Source of the DNA: a virus
Length of the DNA stretch: 64,000 bases
IMG/VR virus record: IMGVR_UViG_3300021963_000035
Span: 64,001 to 128,000 of that record
Direction: 5' to 3' (one strand)
Of the stretch, positions 49,146 to 58,501 are shown piece by piece. Position numbers and translations under genes: made by a program. The notes beneath the pieces were generated by a model. That model worked only from the letters and a program-made list of their open reading frames with translations. It ran no database searches and was not told where the DNA came from. Within the stretch, counting starts at the first letter, position 1, and each line of letters opens with the position of its first letter.

Positions 49146-50085
49146 CATAGCAGTATATCACAAATCTGTCCCTAATGGTAAGAATCAAGAAAAAATTGAT
49201 ATCTTGAGATTCTTCTCTCTCGGAGCAAAAGTTAAAGGTGAGGCTGTGATAGACGTTGACAGTTATACTTTACAAAATCCCGAGGTTGCTGTTATACAGG
49301 GTTGGGTAGCAGATGATCAGCCATTGACTCCGCACGGAGATCTTAGAGCACGAGTTATTAAACATCAACTACAATGGAACAAATATGTCGTAGGAGTTGA
49401 CAGCAATCTATTTTTGTATGCTAACACAGAAAATCCTTTACATTATCTAAGATATAGTTTCAACGGAATATTTCCAACAACTGGAATATATTGTGACGAT
49501 CAACCAAATCCAGATAGATGGAAATCTATCAAACAAGATTTAAATTTAGAATTAAAAGACTATAGAACATCGGGCAATCATATATTATTGTGTATGCAGC
49601 GCAATGGCGGGTGGAGCATGCAAGGCCTTGATAATCAAGAGTGGGCTATTAAAACTATCGCAGAAATAAGAAAATATACAGATAGGCCAATAGTGGTAAG
49701 ACTGCATCCAGGAGATAAAGAAACTAAAAGAATTGTTAAATCAGGTGGTCCTCTTTGTAAAATAAAATTTGATTACGGAGTTATTCTAAGCCAGAATGAT
49801 AATCTTTTAGACGATCTTAAAGGGTGTTGGGCAGCAGTCAATCATAATTCTAGTCCTGTAGTAGGTGCAGCAATTGAAGGCTATCCTATCTTTGTAACTG
49901 ATCCTAATAACAGTCAATGCAAAGACATAGCCAATATCAATTTAGCCTATATTGAAAAACCGAGATTACCTGATAGACAAGCCTGGGTCGAACGTATATC
50001 AATGTTCCATTGGAAGTTCGACGAACTTAAATCTGGTGAGTGTTGGGAACACATGAAGAAATATGTTAAATTGAATTATGATTGA
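49138..50085 (+). CDS. KpsS/KpsC-like glycosyltransferase, paralog 2
   Basis: ILLCMQ, RPIVVRLHP, HNSSP.V.AAIEGYP, HW.FDEL.SG. Confidence 0.7.
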   Translation: MTSIAVYHKSVPNGKNQEKIDILRFFSLGAKVKGEAVIDVDSYTLQNPEVAVIQGWVADDQPLTPHGDLRARVIKHQLQWNKYVVGVDSNLFLYANTENPLHYLRYSFNGIFPTTGIYCDDQPNPDRWKSIKQDLNLELKDYRTSGNHILLCMQRNGGWSMQGLDNQEWAIKTIAEIRKYTDRPIVVRLHPGDKETKRIVKSGGPLCKIKFDYGVILSQNDNLLDDLKGCWAAVNHNSSPVVGAAIEGYPIFVTDPNNSQCKDIANINLAYIEKPRLPDRQAWVERISMFHWKFDELKSGECWEHMKKYVKLNYD

Positions 50086-50887
50086 TATACAGATTTTAAA
50101 GCAAGAAGAACAGGAATGGTATCACATTTATAATAACAATTATCGTGTGACTGTAATTGATGATTGGAAAAATGTTTCTACAGATGTGCCAGTAGTTTGC
50201 ACCGGTAATCTTTTGTACGATAATGTTCAGCATTGGTTAACAAAACATCAGCCTGCTGTCTACTTTGCTAGAGGTTATGTAGGCAATCATTTGTACAAAC
50301 ACAAAAAATTTTGGAGATATTCTATCAATGGTTGGGCTAATACCAGACTATCAAACATTCCTTATTCTAGGTGGAATGTACTAGGATTAGAAAGACATCC
50401 CTGGAAAGTTAAAGATGTAAAAAAAGTATTAATTGCTCCTAGTAAAATGACTGCAAGAATATGGACTCCGGAACTTGATACTCTGTGGCCAGAATCTATG
50501 TTAGATAAATTTCCAGGGGCAGAAGTTAGAATTAGAAGAAAAGAGCACAGACCTTGGTTAAGATGGAGCACTTTGTGGGATGACCTAGACTGGGCCGATC
50601 TTGTAGTATCCCAGAGCTCTGCCATAACAGCTGAAGCATTTTGGTATGGAAAGAAGGTCATCAGTTTAGAACCGTGTCCTACTTGGGCTGCAAAAAAATT
50701 TACTTTAGAAGACTGGCAAGATCCTAAAGAACCAGAACTCAGAGATCAATGGCACGAACATCTTGCTTGGTGTCAGTATACTGTAGATGAAATAGAATCC
50801 GGTTCAGTATTAGATCTTTTACAATTGTATTTTGGTAATTTGACTAATTATAAGTCCAAACAAAAGTATAATTTAATTAGAAATTAA
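50078..50887 (+). CDS. KpsS/KpsC-like glycosyltransferase, paralog 3
   Basis: YFARGY, VLIAP, VRIRRK, SQSSAITAEAFWYGKK, CQY.VDEI.SG. Confidence 0.65.
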   Translation: MIDIQILKQEEQEWYHIYNNNYRVTVIDDWKNVSTDVPVVCTGNLLYDNVQHWLTKHQPAVYFARGYVGNHLYKHKKFWRYSINGWANTRLSNIPYSRWNVLGLERHPWKVKDVKKVLIAPSKMTARIWTPELDTLWPESMLDKFPGAEVRIRRKEHRPWLRWSTLWDDLDWADLVVSQSSAITAEAFWYGKKVISLEPCPTWAAKKFTLEDWQDPKEPELRDQWHEHLAWCQYTVDEIESGSVLDLLQLYFGNLTNYKSKQKYNLIRN

Positions 50888-51459
50888 TTCTTTTCTAAAT
50901 AGAAGACATGCTCAATATTATATTGAGTTGCCGTTTTTAAATCAAACTCAGTTTTATATTTTATATCGGGAAATTCTGAAATAATATTTAAAACTTCCGC
51001 TAATGGTAACGAAATATCAACCATGTTCTTTCCGGTATTACACCAGTTTTCATAAACTTTAATAATTTTTTCTTCTTCAAGGAATGGAGTAAAAATTGTC
51101 AACACTGCTCTCTTATTAAAACTTTTTAAAACATTTCTTAAGATAGGTCTCCACTCTTGATTATGTTCTAATACATGTCGTATGTGTATGGCATCCACAG
51201 ATGTAGTGTAAGTAACTAAATCTTCAATTTTATCAACAAACACAGATTCAGATCCGTCGACCCCAACATATGTTTGATGTTCTGCTACATATTTCTTAAA
51301 TCCGCCAAACCCACATCCCCAATCTTCGATAGTTAAAATATCTTTTTGATTGAGCCACTTGCTGGCTAGATCTGCTGTATGTGGGTCTGAATATATTTTT
51401 CTTTTAGTTCTGCCTTTATAATATTCATTCCATAGTCCTACTTTAGATTCTGTATTCAT
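50884..51459 (-). CDS. Class I SAM-dependent methyltransferase
   Basis: IEDWGCGFGG (motif I), YVGVD, RHVLEH. Confidence 0.8.
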   Translation of the reverse strand: MNTESKVGLWNEYYKGRTKRKIYSDPHTADLASKWLNQKDILTIEDWGCGFGGFKKYVAEHQTYVGVDGSESVFVDKIEDLVTYTTSVDAIHIRHVLEHNQEWRPILRNVLKSFNKRAVLTIFTPFLEEEKIIKVYENWCNTGKNMVDISLPLAEVLNIISEFPDIKYKTEFDLKTATQYNIEHVFYLEKN

Positions 51460-52979
51460 TTTTTTACCCTTAATAAATCTTCTATTGTGTATAATTTTTT
51501 CATAAACTTTGAAGGATCAGATAATACGCTAACCTCTAAATCTCCTTCTCTCCTTGGACCAACTTCGACATCGAAATCTGCATCATTTACTTCTTTAAAT
51601 ATATCAACCATTTGTCGCACACTGGTACCAACTCCGTGGCCTAAGTTTTCAATTCTATTTGTAGACTTGTCAACTCCCCTAATGACTGCGTGACATATTT
51701 CATTTACGTGCGTGTAATCTCTGATGCAAGTACCATCTTCAGTATTATAATCATCACCAAATATTGTAAATTTCCCAGAGTCAATCGCAGCTATTAGGCT
51801 AGCAAACAGTCCGTCTGGATTTGTTGGATTTATTCCGTCGGCTCCAGTAACATTGTAAAATCTAAAAATAGTAAAAGGAATTTTATGATTCTTACAATAC
51901 TCAAAAACAATGTCCTCCATTGCACGTTTACTAATACCGTATGGACTACCTAGTCCTGCTGCTGCTCCGGTAGAAGCAATCACTAATCTTTTTGTTTTTA
52001 TTTTATTAAGAACATTTAATGTTCCGATAGTATTAGTTTGATAGTATAGTGTTGGAGTTATAACACTTCGTCCTACAGCAACTTCTGCTGCAAGATGAAT
52101 TACACAATCAAAAGTTTCTGTAATATTCCAGTCAGTATCTTCTGTAATGTTTTGTTTATAAAATTTATCCACAGGCAACAAAGGATCTTGTTTATCTAAT
52201 CCGTATACAATCCAATCCCGATCTCTTTCAATCATTTGACAAAGATGACTACCGATGTATCCAGAATTACCTGTGATCAAAACCTTTTTTGCTCGGTCAT
52301 TTCCCCAGAAGTTATTCTTACCTCGTACTAGAGATTTTTTTCCGTCTTCGCCAATTAAAGCACGACCCATTATATGACTATGTACTTGTATTTTTACAAT
52401 TAGTGCTGTTATAGCATTGTCGGATGGTAGCCAAGTTTCTTTGTACATGTCAACTAACTTCTTTGCTGCCGCAGGAGTGATTGCATATCCTGGAGTACCT
52501 GGCATAGATCCTTGCCAATATTCTTCTGCACGTGGTTCACCGGTTGGATTGTCAAGATAATGCCAATATTTTGCTGCTTTAGTTTGATTTCCAAAAACAG
52601 TTATTAACACTTCTTCAAATTCTACGTCCTCATATGGCCTAGTAAAAATTACATCGTCCTCTAATATCATTATAGGTTCGTTTAGTTCTATGCATTTTTC
52701 CCAAAGTCTATAATGACTGTCAAAGCAGCCCATTTCACCAGGATTTTGTTGGTCATCTCTAAACTCTTCAGTAAAAGGATTCAGGGGCCCGTTTTTAAAA
52801 TTCCAAGGATGATACCTGCGACCAGTTTCCTGATATCTTTTCTTTGTTTCGTCTCCATACGATCCCTCAAATAGTTCTGCATCCATTCCATATTCGTCAA
52901 GGGCTTCTTTGACTTTGAGTGCAGTGTCTAAAGAAGGTTTTATCTTAGACAAACAAATTATAAACGCTTTCATTTCCAA
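51456..52979 (-). CDS. GT25-like glycosyltransferase fused to a GalE-like NAD-dependent epimerase
   Basis: N-terminal AFII.L, GE.GC..SH..LW, ILEDDV, GYAI.P.AA.KL; C-terminal ITGNSGYIG, HLAA, YGISK, FRFYNV.G, DGTCIRDY.HV. Confidence 0.88.
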   Translation of the reverse strand: MEMKAFIICLSKIKPSLDTALKVKEALDEYGMDAELFEGSYGDETKKRYQETGRRYHPWNFKNGPLNPFTEEFRDDQQNPGEMGCFDSHYRLWEKCIELNEPIMILEDDVIFTRPYEDVEFEEVLITVFGNQTKAAKYWHYLDNPTGEPRAEEYWQGSMPGTPGYAITPAAAKKLVDMYKETWLPSDNAITALIVKIQVHSHIMGRALIGEDGKKSLVRGKNNFWGNDRAKKVLITGNSGYIGSHLCQMIERDRDWIVYGLDKQDPLLPVDKFYKQNITEDTDWNITETFDCVIHLAAEVAVGRSVITPTLYYQTNTIGTLNVLNKIKTKRLVIASTGAAAGLGSPYGISKRAMEDIVFEYCKNHKIPFTIFRFYNVTGADGINPTNPDGLFASLIAAIDSGKFTIFGDDYNTEDGTCIRDYTHVNEICHAVIRGVDKSTNRIENLGHGVGTSVRQMVDIFKEVNDADFDVEVGPRREGDLEVSVLSDPSKFMKKLYTIEDLLRVKK

Positions 52980-53779
52980 TAATCCTCTGTTCTGTTGATT
53001 TTTAAATCTGATCTTTTACTCTTACCTAACATTTTTCTATCGCCTTTGAGGTGATCAAGGTAAGCACCCCAGGCACTGTTAATCAATGGATGACCTTCAC
53101 CTGTTATTATTCCTTCACTCCAGTTAAGTTGTTCTAGAAACGGAAATTTTACTCGAACAGAATCAAAAACAAAACTGTCGTGCCACTCATCTAGTAAAAA
53201 TATTCCTGCTTCTGCACGGTCATACATTCTCTGGAACTCATTGAGGAAATTTCTAGTCATTTCTGATCTTAAATTTAAGGAGTATAGACCGCATTCACTA
53301 TATTTGCCCTGACGTCCTAAATAACATAGGTCATAATTGTTAGGTATTAGATTTTCTATCTGTTCTAAGGTAATAGGGCTGTGACATACAGTGTCAGCAT
53401 CCATCCATATTAAAATATCTGCGTCAGTTGTTTTTGCACAATGGAAAATTGCATAAACTTTATGTGCAAATCTTACAGCATCCCACTTGAAAGGCTTATG
53501 ACTGTCCTTCCTAGCGGCCAATCGGGGAAAACTTGATATATCTCCGTTGGCGTGTGGAATATTTTTCCATTTATCTTTAAATGCTATTAGATCTGGCACA
53601 CTGGTTCTCATGTCAGTTAGCGTGATCTGCGTATGATCTGGTACTGCTGGATTTGTATCTTCGGGGTATAGATGTAATGTTACTTCCTTGGGCCAATTTT
53701 TACAAAAACTGTCAATCATACGCTGGCCATATGCTTTTAATCCCTTATCGTTAAACGTTGTTACCACAGCGTATTTCAT
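52970..53779 (-). CDS. GT-A glycosyltransferase
   Basis: VVTTF, WDAVRFAHKVYA, IWMDAD (DxD), ECG, EWHDSFVFD, DHLKG.RK. Confidence 0.8.
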   Translation of the reverse strand: MKYAVVTTFNDKGLKAYGQRMIDSFCKNWPKEVTLHLYPEDTNPAVPDHTQITLTDMRTSVPDLIAFKDKWKNIPHANGDISSFPRLAARKDSHKPFKWDAVRFAHKVYAIFHCAKTTDADILIWMDADTVCHSPITLEQIENLIPNNYDLCYLGRQGKYSECGLYSLNLRSEMTRNFLNEFQRMYDRAEAGIFLLDEWHDSFVFDSVRVKFPFLEQLNWSEGIITGEGHPLINSAWGAYLDHLKGDRKMLGKSKRSDLKINRTEDYWK

Positions 53780-54174
53780 CGTTTGATCCTATATATGTAA
53801 AGAGTGTCTCTAGTTTCAGCTAACTCGTAATGATTTTTTTCTAATGCTCGATTTATCTTCTTAGAAGGTATGTCTTGCGAAACAACTATTATCGGAGTCG
53901 AGTTTTTATGGGCCATAGGTATAAAATTTCCAATTTCACAATGATACTTTTCTTCAACTACGATAAGATTTATAAAAGGTAGCAATTTTGTGTCGTCAAA
54001 TCTTAATTTAGGAATAAGATTTTTTCTTTTAACTGAACATCCGTCCGGGTCATAAACAAAAACATTTTGAAAATCGGATAAAAGATCTTCTAATGCAAAA
54101 AATTCGCTACCTAGCACCACAGCATTGTCTACTCTAGTGAGATATGAAGATAACCGTTTAACAAATTTACTCAT
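53776..54174 (-). CDS. Hypothetical protein, possibly a degenerate Rossmann/methyltransferase-like fold
   Basis: NAVVLGS...VFVYD strand pattern; first gene of the minus-strand glycan operon. Confidence 0.5.
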   Translation of the reverse strand: MSKFVKRLSSYLTRVDNAVVLGSEFFALEDLLSDFQNVFVYDPDGCSVKRKNLIPKLRFDDTKLLPFINLIVVEEKYHCEIGNFIPMAHKNSTPIIVVSQDIPSKKINRALEKNHYELAETRDTLYIYRIKR

Positions 54175-54185
54175 CTTTTAAGAAT

Positions 54186-54203
54186 TAAATACTGTGTTAT
54201 TTA
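54186..54203. promoter_or_regulatory. Interleaved divergent late boxes
   Basis: TAAATA on + at 54186-54191 and on - at 54198-54203, in a 41-nt gap. Confidence 0.6.
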
Positions 54204-54215
54204 TTTGAAGGTAAA

Positions 54216-55049
54216 ATGAAGGTCAAGCTATATAGACAGCACGGTGCCCTTGGTAGCAAAGAAGTTTACGATGCTGTTGAACAAGGGCTTAGATATCTTG
54301 GACACGAAATCGTCGAAGAAAATGAAGATTTGCCAGTGATCTGGAGTGTGTTGTGGCACGGAAGAATGCAACCAAATCAACACATACATTACATTTCGAG
54401 AAAAAATAATAAACCGGTAATGATAATTGAAGTGGGCAGTCTTAAAAGAGGTACCACGTGGCGCATTAGTCTTAACAACATTACTAGAGATGGAATTTTC
54501 CCTCAAATTTTGGACTTTGATAAAAACAGAGACAAAAAACTAGGAGTGTTCCTCAAAGATTTTAGAGAAAAAAGAAAAGACACAATTTTGTTGTTAGGTC
54601 AACACGACAAGAGTCTTCAATGGAATGGACTGCCTCCGATAAAAAATTGGATCGAAGAAAAAATCCAAGAAATTAGGAAATTTTCTGACCGTAAAATTGT
54701 TGTAAGGCCTCATCCTAGATGTTTCATACCTCAGTTGAATATCAAAAATGTAGAAATTGAAAATGTTCGACCTTTACCTAATACCTATTCTGAATTTGAT
54801 ATAACATTTGATCATCATTGTGTAATAAACTATAACAGTAACACCACAGTACAGGCAGCAATAGCAGGAGCACCTATTATTTGTGATCAAACTGGAATGG
54901 CATTCCCCGTTAGCAACAGATTAGACACCATTGAAGATATCAAAAATATAGATAGGGCCGAATGGTTTGAAAAAATTGTCCATACCGAATGGACATTAGA
55001 CGAATTAACCCAAGGCGATCCTATAAAAAACTTGATTTCTCTTGCTTAA
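54216..55049 (+). CDS. KpsS/KpsC-like glycosyltransferase, paralog 4
   Basis: IIEVG.L.R, ILLLGQ..KS.Q, IVVRPHP, YNSNTTVQAAIAGAP, TEW.LDEL..G. Confidence 0.72.
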   Translation: MKVKLYRQHGALGSKEVYDAVEQGLRYLGHEIVEENEDLPVIWSVLWHGRMQPNQHIHYISRKNNKPVMIIEVGSLKRGTTWRISLNNITRDGIFPQILDFDKNRDKKLGVFLKDFREKRKDTILLLGQHDKSLQWNGLPPIKNWIEEKIQEIRKFSDRKIVVRPHPRCFIPQLNIKNVEIENVRPLPNTYSEFDITFDHHCVINYNSNTTVQAAIAGAPIICDQTGMAFPVSNRLDTIEDIKNIDRAEWFEKIVHTEWTLDELTQGDPIKNLISLA

Positions 55050-55060
55050 TATGTTAGAAT
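55032..55060 (+). promoter_or_regulatory. Sigma70 extended -10 promoter
   Basis: TTGATT-N17-TAGAAT with a TG extension; ATG 55067 follows the -10 box after a 6-nt spacer. Confidence 0.65.
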
Positions 55061-55066
55061 ATATCA

Positions 55067-56263
55067 ATGAGAAATTCTGCCTACATCGAAGATATCTTTT
55101 TAGACTTTGCTCTGCTAACAATGACTGGGGCTGTAAACATACAGCCTCAAGATTCGTCACCTGTTAGTAGTTTTGAAAATGCTATAGTCCAATCTAAGAA
55201 ATTAACGCAAGCACAGGCCAATTACATTTTAAAATTATTGACAAAATATAAATTTTCTGCGTTTCGTGCAGGATTAGATTATGACCAACATCTAAAAAAT
55301 CCACAATGGAAAACCCCGTTTAGAGTATTGGACACTGCCAAGCGAATTTCTGTGGTAGAAACAGTCGATGGTGTTCAAATTTTAATAAAATTTCCATACA
55401 ATCTTAAAGAGACATTTGACAAGGCATTCCCAGACCTTTCATCATCTTGGGACTCAGATGCCGGTGTTAGAAAGATAGATGTCAATGATTGCAATGTTGT
55501 AGCACTAGCTGAATTTTGCCTCGAAAATGGCATAGAAGTTGACCAAACTTTTTCAGATTTACTATTACAGATTGAAGAAATTTGGAATCAAGAAAAAAAT
55601 ATTATTCCGCAATCTAAAATTTTAAATGATCAGGTTGTACTGATTAATGCTGATGAATATTGTCAAACATACTTTGATGAGCGTAAAAAAGATAAGGTAA
55701 ATTTTGACCTATTTTTGGCAAAATCTATGGGATTTTTACTCAGTGATATATCGGCACCGTCAAACACATTTGAGAAGATAGCGACCAGTCCGACAAATAT
55801 TTTCTGGGTAAAAGAAAATAAAACATTTTTTGATATCTACAAAAATTTAGAAGATAGTAAGATTGTATTTTTATTAGATCGTAACTGTGACTACTGCGAA
55901 GAGGCAAAAAAATTCGTAATTTCTGCGATGGAAAACGGCGTAGACAAATCAGATATTCGTGTTTGTTTTAGGCTCGATACTGAAGAAGAAAGAAAAAGGA
56001 ATTTTAATAGTTGGGTCAAAGAGCAAGGTGTTAGTGGCGGTGTTGATGATGGTAAAATTTTCATATTTTTACATAAACCAGCTAAATGGTTGTTTTCTAA
56101 AAAGGTAGATGTTAAAATAATAGCTACAAATTCACTGTGGCCTAATACTACATTAGGCATTGTGAACTGGATCGAAAGTCATCCTTGTGCTGTTTACTTA
56201 GGGGATCATCGACCTTCACTAAAAACTAAAACAAAAAAGGAAAAAGGCGTTGTCGACTTGTAA
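55067..56263 (+). CDS. Hypothetical protein (398 aa) heading the helicase operon
   Basis: Long ORF with its own promoter, overlapping the helicase start; no motif recognised. Confidence 0.75.
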   Translation: MRNSAYIEDIFLDFALLTMTGAVNIQPQDSSPVSSFENAIVQSKKLTQAQANYILKLLTKYKFSAFRAGLDYDQHLKNPQWKTPFRVLDTAKRISVVETVDGVQILIKFPYNLKETFDKAFPDLSSSWDSDAGVRKIDVNDCNVVALAEFCLENGIEVDQTFSDLLLQIEEIWNQEKNIIPQSKILNDQVVLINADEYCQTYFDERKKDKVNFDLFLAKSMGFLLSDISAPSNTFEKIATSPTNIFWVKENKTFFDIYKNLEDSKIVFLLDRNCDYCEEAKKFVISAMENGVDKSDIRVCFRLDTEEERKRNFNSWVKEQGVSGGVDDGKIFIFLHKPAKWLFSKKVDVKIIATNSLWPNTTLGIVNWIESHPCAVYLGDHRPSLKTKTKKEKGVVDL

Positions 56264-57707
56264 ATTAATCATTAAAGATGAAGTAAACATCAAAGCTGAA
56301 GGACTTGATTTAGAAACTAGGAGAAAACTGGTCAATAAATTTAAGTATACAGTCCCTTGGGCTAGACATCAGCCTTCATACAAACTAGGAAGATGGGATG
56401 GCACAGTAAGTTACTTTGGTCTAGGCGGAAACGGTTACTGTTCTCAACTGAATGAGATCGTCGAAATCATAACATCCAGTGGTTATGAAATAGATGTTGA
56501 AGATCTCCGAACACCATTTGATCTTTCGTTTAACGAGATACTGCCTACCTATTGGGCCGACCGTGGCAAGGTATGGCCAGAAGGTCATAGATTTGCCGGT
56601 CAGCCTATTGTGTTACGTGATGACCAAACTGAAGTTGTTAATACTTTCTTAAAAAATCCACAATCATTGCAAGAAGTCGCTACTGGTGCAGGCAAAACTA
56701 TTATGACTGCAACATTGGCACATATCTGTGAAAAGTTCGGACGTACAATCATTATTGTCCCCAATAAGGACTTAGTAACACAGACAGAAGAAGATTTTGT
56801 TAACGTAGACTTAGATGTAGGTGTTTATTACGGTGATAGAAAAATGCTGAATAAAACACACACAATCTGTACCTGGCAAAGTCTAAACATATTAGATAAG
56901 AAATCATTCGACGATGATGATGCGTTAACACTGGCAGAGTTTTTAGATGGGGTACAGACTGTAATAGTAGACGAAGTACACATGGCCAAGGCAGATGTGC
57001 TGAAAAGATTATTAACACAGAACATTTGTAATGCACCTATAAGATGGGGCCTCACTGGTACTATTCCTAAAGAAGATTGGGAGTTTCAATCTATTCGTGC
57101 TTCACTGGGAGAAGTTGTTGGTCAAGTCACTGCTCATCAATTACAACAGCAAGGAATACTGGCACAATGCCATGTTAATATACTACAAACTGTAGAGATA
57201 AAAGTTTTTAGAACATATCACGAAGAATTGAAATATTTGGTCACTGATGAAGATCGAGTCAAATGGATCTCCAGTCTAATTAAGACTGTCGCAGAGAGTG
57301 GAAACACTCTTGTGCTGATAGATCGATTAGAAACAGGAAATATGTTAATGGACATGATCGATGAAGCAGTGTTTATCAGCGGTGCTGTAAAATCAACAAA
57401 ACGAAAGGAAAAATATCGTGAAGTTGCGACGAGTGATGACAAGATTATTGTGGCGACTTATGGTGTGGCCGCTGTGGGTATTAATATCCCTAGGATTTTT
57501 AATCTGGTTCTTGTGGAGCCCGGAAAAAGCTTTACTAGGGTTATACAATCAATTGGGCGAGGTATTAGAAAAGCGGACGACAAAGACTTCGTCCAGATCT
57601 GGGACCTAACAGGAGGTACAAAATATGCTAAGAAACACCTCACTGAAAGAAAAAAATTCTACAAGGATGCCCAATATCCTTTTAGTATAACAAAGGTAAC
57701 TATATGA
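56250..57707 (+). CDS. uvsW: SF2 helicase, UvsW-like
   Basis: LRDDQ, ATGAGKT, IVPN..LV.Q, VDEVH, GLTGT, ATYGVAAVGINIP, QSIGRGIR. Confidence 0.92.
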   Translation: MSTCKLIIKDEVNIKAEGLDLETRRKLVNKFKYTVPWARHQPSYKLGRWDGTVSYFGLGGNGYCSQLNEIVEIITSSGYEIDVEDLRTPFDLSFNEILPTYWADRGKVWPEGHRFAGQPIVLRDDQTEVVNTFLKNPQSLQEVATGAGKTIMTATLAHICEKFGRTIIIVPNKDLVTQTEEDFVNVDLDVGVYYGDRKMLNKTHTICTWQSLNILDKKSFDDDDALTLAEFLDGVQTVIVDEVHMAKADVLKRLLTQNICNAPIRWGLTGTIPKEDWEFQSIRASLGEVVGQVTAHQLQQQGILAQCHVNILQTVEIKVFRTYHEELKYLVTDEDRVKWISSLIKTVAESGNTLVLIDRLETGNMLMDMIDEAVFISGAVKSTKRKEKYREVATSDDKIIVATYGVAAVGINIPRIFNLVLVEPGKSFTRVIQSIGRGIRKADDKDFVQIWDLTGGTKYAKKHLTERKKFYKDAQYPFSITKVTI

Positions 57708-58210
57708 GAATATTAACATTAAACAATACGGCATTCGATCTAAACGAATTGCCAGAAGAAGTGGAGGATGATACTAGATTCAGTGTATTAGATAATAGCA
57801 ATCCGCAAGATCCTGATTTCTTTTTTATGCCATTGATCTTTTTAGAATCATTCAACAGTCCTGCAATTCTATTAAGGATAGGTGAAGACGAAGTACAAAT
57901 GCCACTGGATTGGTGTATGGTAGTTGGAGACAAAGACTGCGGTATGGATCCAGAAGTATTGCCATTGACTAGTATAAATGAACGTGGTTTTGATGCTATG
58001 TTGTTTAATCCTATTAAAGGGTTCAAGATAGACTACAAGCCAATTGAGATCATTAATATCTTTGCTGATGTTAGATGGTATTTTCCTAAAATGAAAAACG
58101 GACAATTGTTAACTGTACCTATACGTGACGGTCATAATCCGCCGTGTGCATATTTTGTTAAAGAAGTCAGCAGGCAAAGTGAGATCCTGCAATTACATAA
58201 AATTCTGTAA
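57704..58210 (+). CDS. Hypothetical beta-rich protein (possible Hint-like fold)
   Basis: 168-aa coupled ORF; beta-strand pattern. Confidence 0.7.
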   Translation: MRILTLNNTAFDLNELPEEVEDDTRFSVLDNSNPQDPDFFFMPLIFLESFNSPAILLRIGEDEVQMPLDWCMVVGDKDCGMDPEVLPLTSINERGFDAMLFNPIKGFKIDYKPIEIINIFADVRWYFPKMKNGQLLTVPIRDGHNPPCAYFVKEVSRQSEILQLHKIL

Positions 58211-58213
58211 CAC

Positions 58214-58501
58214 ATGGGACAACTTAAACCAGGAGTCAAATATGTTTACGAAAGGCAAGACGGAACCGTCTATGCTAGAGAGTTTGGTGCTGACCCAAGC
58301 ACAAGAGTAGCTGTTGGCTGGGATTGGGAACCAGAGAGTAATCCATCTAGAGTTCGAAGCGCCTCGAGAGAAAGTATGTTAGAAAATCAACTTTGGTATG
58401 AAATTAGACAAGAAGCCAAAACTAACAAACCTTTGCAGGATGCCTTAGATCATGCTAAACTAATATATCACTTGAGTAAAAAAGAATGTCAGAAAATTTA
58501 A
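58214..58501 (+). CDS. Hypothetical protein
   Basis: 95-aa ORF in the operon (YVYER.DG.VYARE.G). Confidence 0.7.
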   Translation: MGQLKPGVKYVYERQDGTVYAREFGADPSTRVAVGWDWEPESNPSRVRSASRESMLENQLWYEIRQEAKTNKPLQDALDHAKLIYHLSKKECQKI

